Source: Candidatus Omnitrophota bacterium (GTDB lineage: Bacteria > Omnitrophota > Gorgyraeia > Gygaellales > Profunditerraquicolaceae). From it: a DNA stretch of 64,000 nt. The notes under the pieces are model-generated. The model ran no database searches. It saw only the letters and a list, made by a program, of their open reading frames with translations, and was not told where the DNA came from. A program made the position numbers and the translations under genes. Shown here piece by piece: positions 62,302 to 64,000 of this stretch (position 1 is the first letter of the stretch; every line of letters starts with the position of its first letter). The DNA lies in contig JAZDMX010000017.1 of the NCBI GenBank assembly GCA_043800555.1, forward strand, positions 4,068-68,067, read 5' to 3'.

Positions 62302-63373
62302 ATAATTTCCTTAGTATCCGGCGGATATCAATCTTGCCGGGGCAGACTTCAATGCATCTGCCGCATCCGCAACAAGCCTGATACCCCAGGTTAGAAACAA
62401 AAAAATCGAATTTCTTTAAATAACGGTTGCGCAGCCTCATATAGCGCATCTTTAACGCGTTGCCCCCTCCGGCGACCTTGGTGAAATTCTTCAAAAGGCA
62501 ACCGTCCCAAAGCCGAAGGCGCTTGGCTAGGCCCGAAGAAGGAGTATCCGAGAGCAAGAAACAATGGCAGGTATCGCACATAAATACGCAAGCGTTGCAT
62601 TCAACGCAAGTGCGCATTTCTTCCTGCCAGATCCCGGAATTATAACCCGATAAGACTATATCCTGCAAAGTTTCCTTCTTGGGGATCTTGTAGCGGGCAA
62701 GATGCTCATCCATCCGTATATTTACCGACTCTCTTTTTGCCCCCCTGCCTGAAAGCTGGCCCAAAGTAGCCGGAACCAATAGATTCTTGACGGAAACAGC
62801 TATTATTTTAGCTTTCTGCGTTGCAATATCAAGAAGATAGCCGTTATTAAGCGGAGAAAGATTAAAATCGAAGGCTTCTGTGGGGTAAGGATTGATGCCA
62901 AATGCCCGGCAGAAACAAGCTTCCTTGAAATGCGGGCAGTCGCTAGCGACGATCAAGGCGCTCTCTCTCCTTGATTTATAAAGAGGGTCGGCTTCATCGC
63001 CTCCTAAAAACACAAAATCCTGCACCTTTAATGAAAATAAATCGCAATTCTTTATCCCGCAAAGAGCAACCGGCCTCTCCCTTCTTTCTTTTGCCTTTGG
63101 TTCCTCAAAATATCCGCATGCCTCTTCTTTGTAATGGGTGAAAAATGCGCGGACAGGCTCAACTGCCCGGTAATCGCTGAAAACTATATCTTCTTTTTTA
63201 AGTTGAGAGAATTTTTTTAAGGAATAATCATCGGTAGGCAAGCCCTCCCGGCAGCTACACTCGTCTCTCTTGAGAGGAGACCTTTCAACCGTAGGGACAT
63301 ATAGCTCATACTCTTGAGCTAAACGCTCGTAGAATTTCAGCAAATCGTCGTTTTTTATAAAATACGTTTCCAT
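62273..63373 (-). CDS. AsrA/HydB-like iron-sulfur subunit (anaerobic sulfite reductase A / sulfhydrogenase beta family).
   Basis: Several Cys clusters: CGIKNCDLF, CVECNACVFMCDTCHC and CCGCGRCIEVCP. Confidence 0.65.
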   Translation of the reverse strand: METYFIKNDDLLKFYERLAQEYELYVPTVERSPLKRDECSCREGLPTDDYSLKKFSQLKKEDIVFSDYRAVEPVRAFFTHYKEEACGYFEEPKAKERRERPVALCGIKNCDLFSLKVQDFVFLGGDEADPLYKSRRESALIVASDCPHFKEACFCRAFGINPYPTEAFDFNLSPLNNGYLLDIATQKAKIIAVSVKNLLVPATLGQLSGRGAKRESVNIRMDEHLARYKIPKKETLQDIVLSGYNSGIWQEEMRTCVECNACVFMCDTCHCFLLSDTPSSGLAKRLRLWDGCLLKNFTKVAGGGNALKMRYMRLRNRYLKKFDFFVSNLGYQACCGCGRCIEVCPGKIDIRRILRKLYEEKHIPAA

Positions 63374-63380
63374 AGATTGG

Positions 63381-63830
63381 TTACCCGGACGAAAGCCTTG
63401 CCCTTACCAAATCGCTGACTAATTTACCGTCTGCCTGGCCAGCGATCCTGGCGTTTACCTCTTTCATAACCCTACCCATATCTTTCATGCCACAAGCTCC
63501 CAGGGCCCGGGCTACCTCTTCGACTATCTTCTCAATATCCTCAGCGGGAAGCTCGACAGGAAGATATGTTCTTAAGATTTCCAGCTCCTTCTTCTCCTTA
63601 TCGGCCATTTCCAGCCGCTCTCCCCTGGTAAACTGCTCGATAGAATCCTGATGCTGTTTTATCTGTTTCTTGATAACGGCAATTGCCTCAGCGTCATCAA
63701 GGCCGGTTTTCTTTTTGGCAACCGCAACATTCATCATATCAGCCCGTAAAAAACTTAAAACCGAACTCTTTAATTTATCCCCGGACTTCATTGCTTCTTT
63801 ATAATCATTAAGAATCTTCTCTTCCAGCAT
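63381..63830 (-). CDS. GatB/YqeY domain protein.
   Basis: Full-length YqeY-like sequence. Confidence 0.8.
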   Translation of the reverse strand: MLEEKILNDYKEAMKSGDKLKSSVLSFLRADMMNVAVAKKKTGLDDAEAIAVIKKQIKQHQDSIEQFTRGERLEMADKEKKELEILRTYLPVELPAEDIEKIVEEVARALGACGMKDMGRVMKEVNARIAGQADGKLVSDLVRARLSSG

Positions 63831-63842
63831 AAACCCTCCTTT

Positions 63843-64000
63843 AAAACAACACGCATCTCTTGAATCCGGCTAGCCTTCTATTCAAATCTCCCATAGTAAG
63901 CTTAGAGGTCCTTTCCAAGCCAAAATCTTCGATATTAAATGACGCGGCTATAGTGCCAAACGCAAGCGCGTTTCTGATATTCCGCATATTTAACGCTTGG
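63843..64000 (-). CDS. C-terminal fragment of an unidentified protein, possibly a PfkB-type sugar kinase. Its 5' end lies beyond the right edge.
   Basis: The minus-strand frame is open from the window edge and ends GFKRCVLF*. Confidence 0.25.

Overview
This 64 kb window is bacterial chromosome, probably from an uncultivated lineage, with about 48% GC and nearly every gene on the minus strand. The left half (1-18 kb) is a type II secretion / type IV pilus-like locus. It holds a GspE/PilB ATPase, PilM, PilN, a PilO-PilP fusion, a secretin, a GspF/PilC platform protein, a GspG-like major pseudopilin, GspK/I/J-like minor pseudopilins, and a large prepilin-like protein. It ends in a giant secreted repeat protein with GNVGIGTTSP motifs that runs off the left edge and is missing from the ORF track. 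The most striking feature is a dispersed palindromic repeat family with 16 copies. Each copy has 20-nt arms GGGGGACGTTTCTACTTTTC and GAAAAGTAGAAACGTCCCCC around a variable ~15-nt spacer, flanked by A-runs and T-runs. A REP-associated tyrosine transposase (RAYT) gene is flanked by two copies inside the pilus locus, so this looks like a REPIN-RAYT system. Several copies lie in-frame inside real coding sequences: PilC, a TPR-containing membrane glycosyltransferase-like protein, three prepilin leader peptides and the N-termini of secreted proteins. The rest of the window is housekeeping and metabolism, together with a nickel/hydrogenase set. Housekeeping genes include enolase, FtsH, PurN, CspA, LipA, a GcvTHP operon, HldD, two MFS transporters, an NSS transporter, a GH94-like enzyme and a GH1 glycosidase. 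The nickel/hydrogenase set comprises NikR, an outer-membrane porin, NikMN, HypA, a hydrogenase maturation protease, and an Ech-type group 4 [NiFe] hydrogenase next to AsrA/AsrB-like genes. Three tRNAs are present (initiator Met, Thr-CGT, Phe-GAA). Three genes appear frameshifted: the secretin, the GH1 glycosidase, and a signal-peptide + TPR protein.
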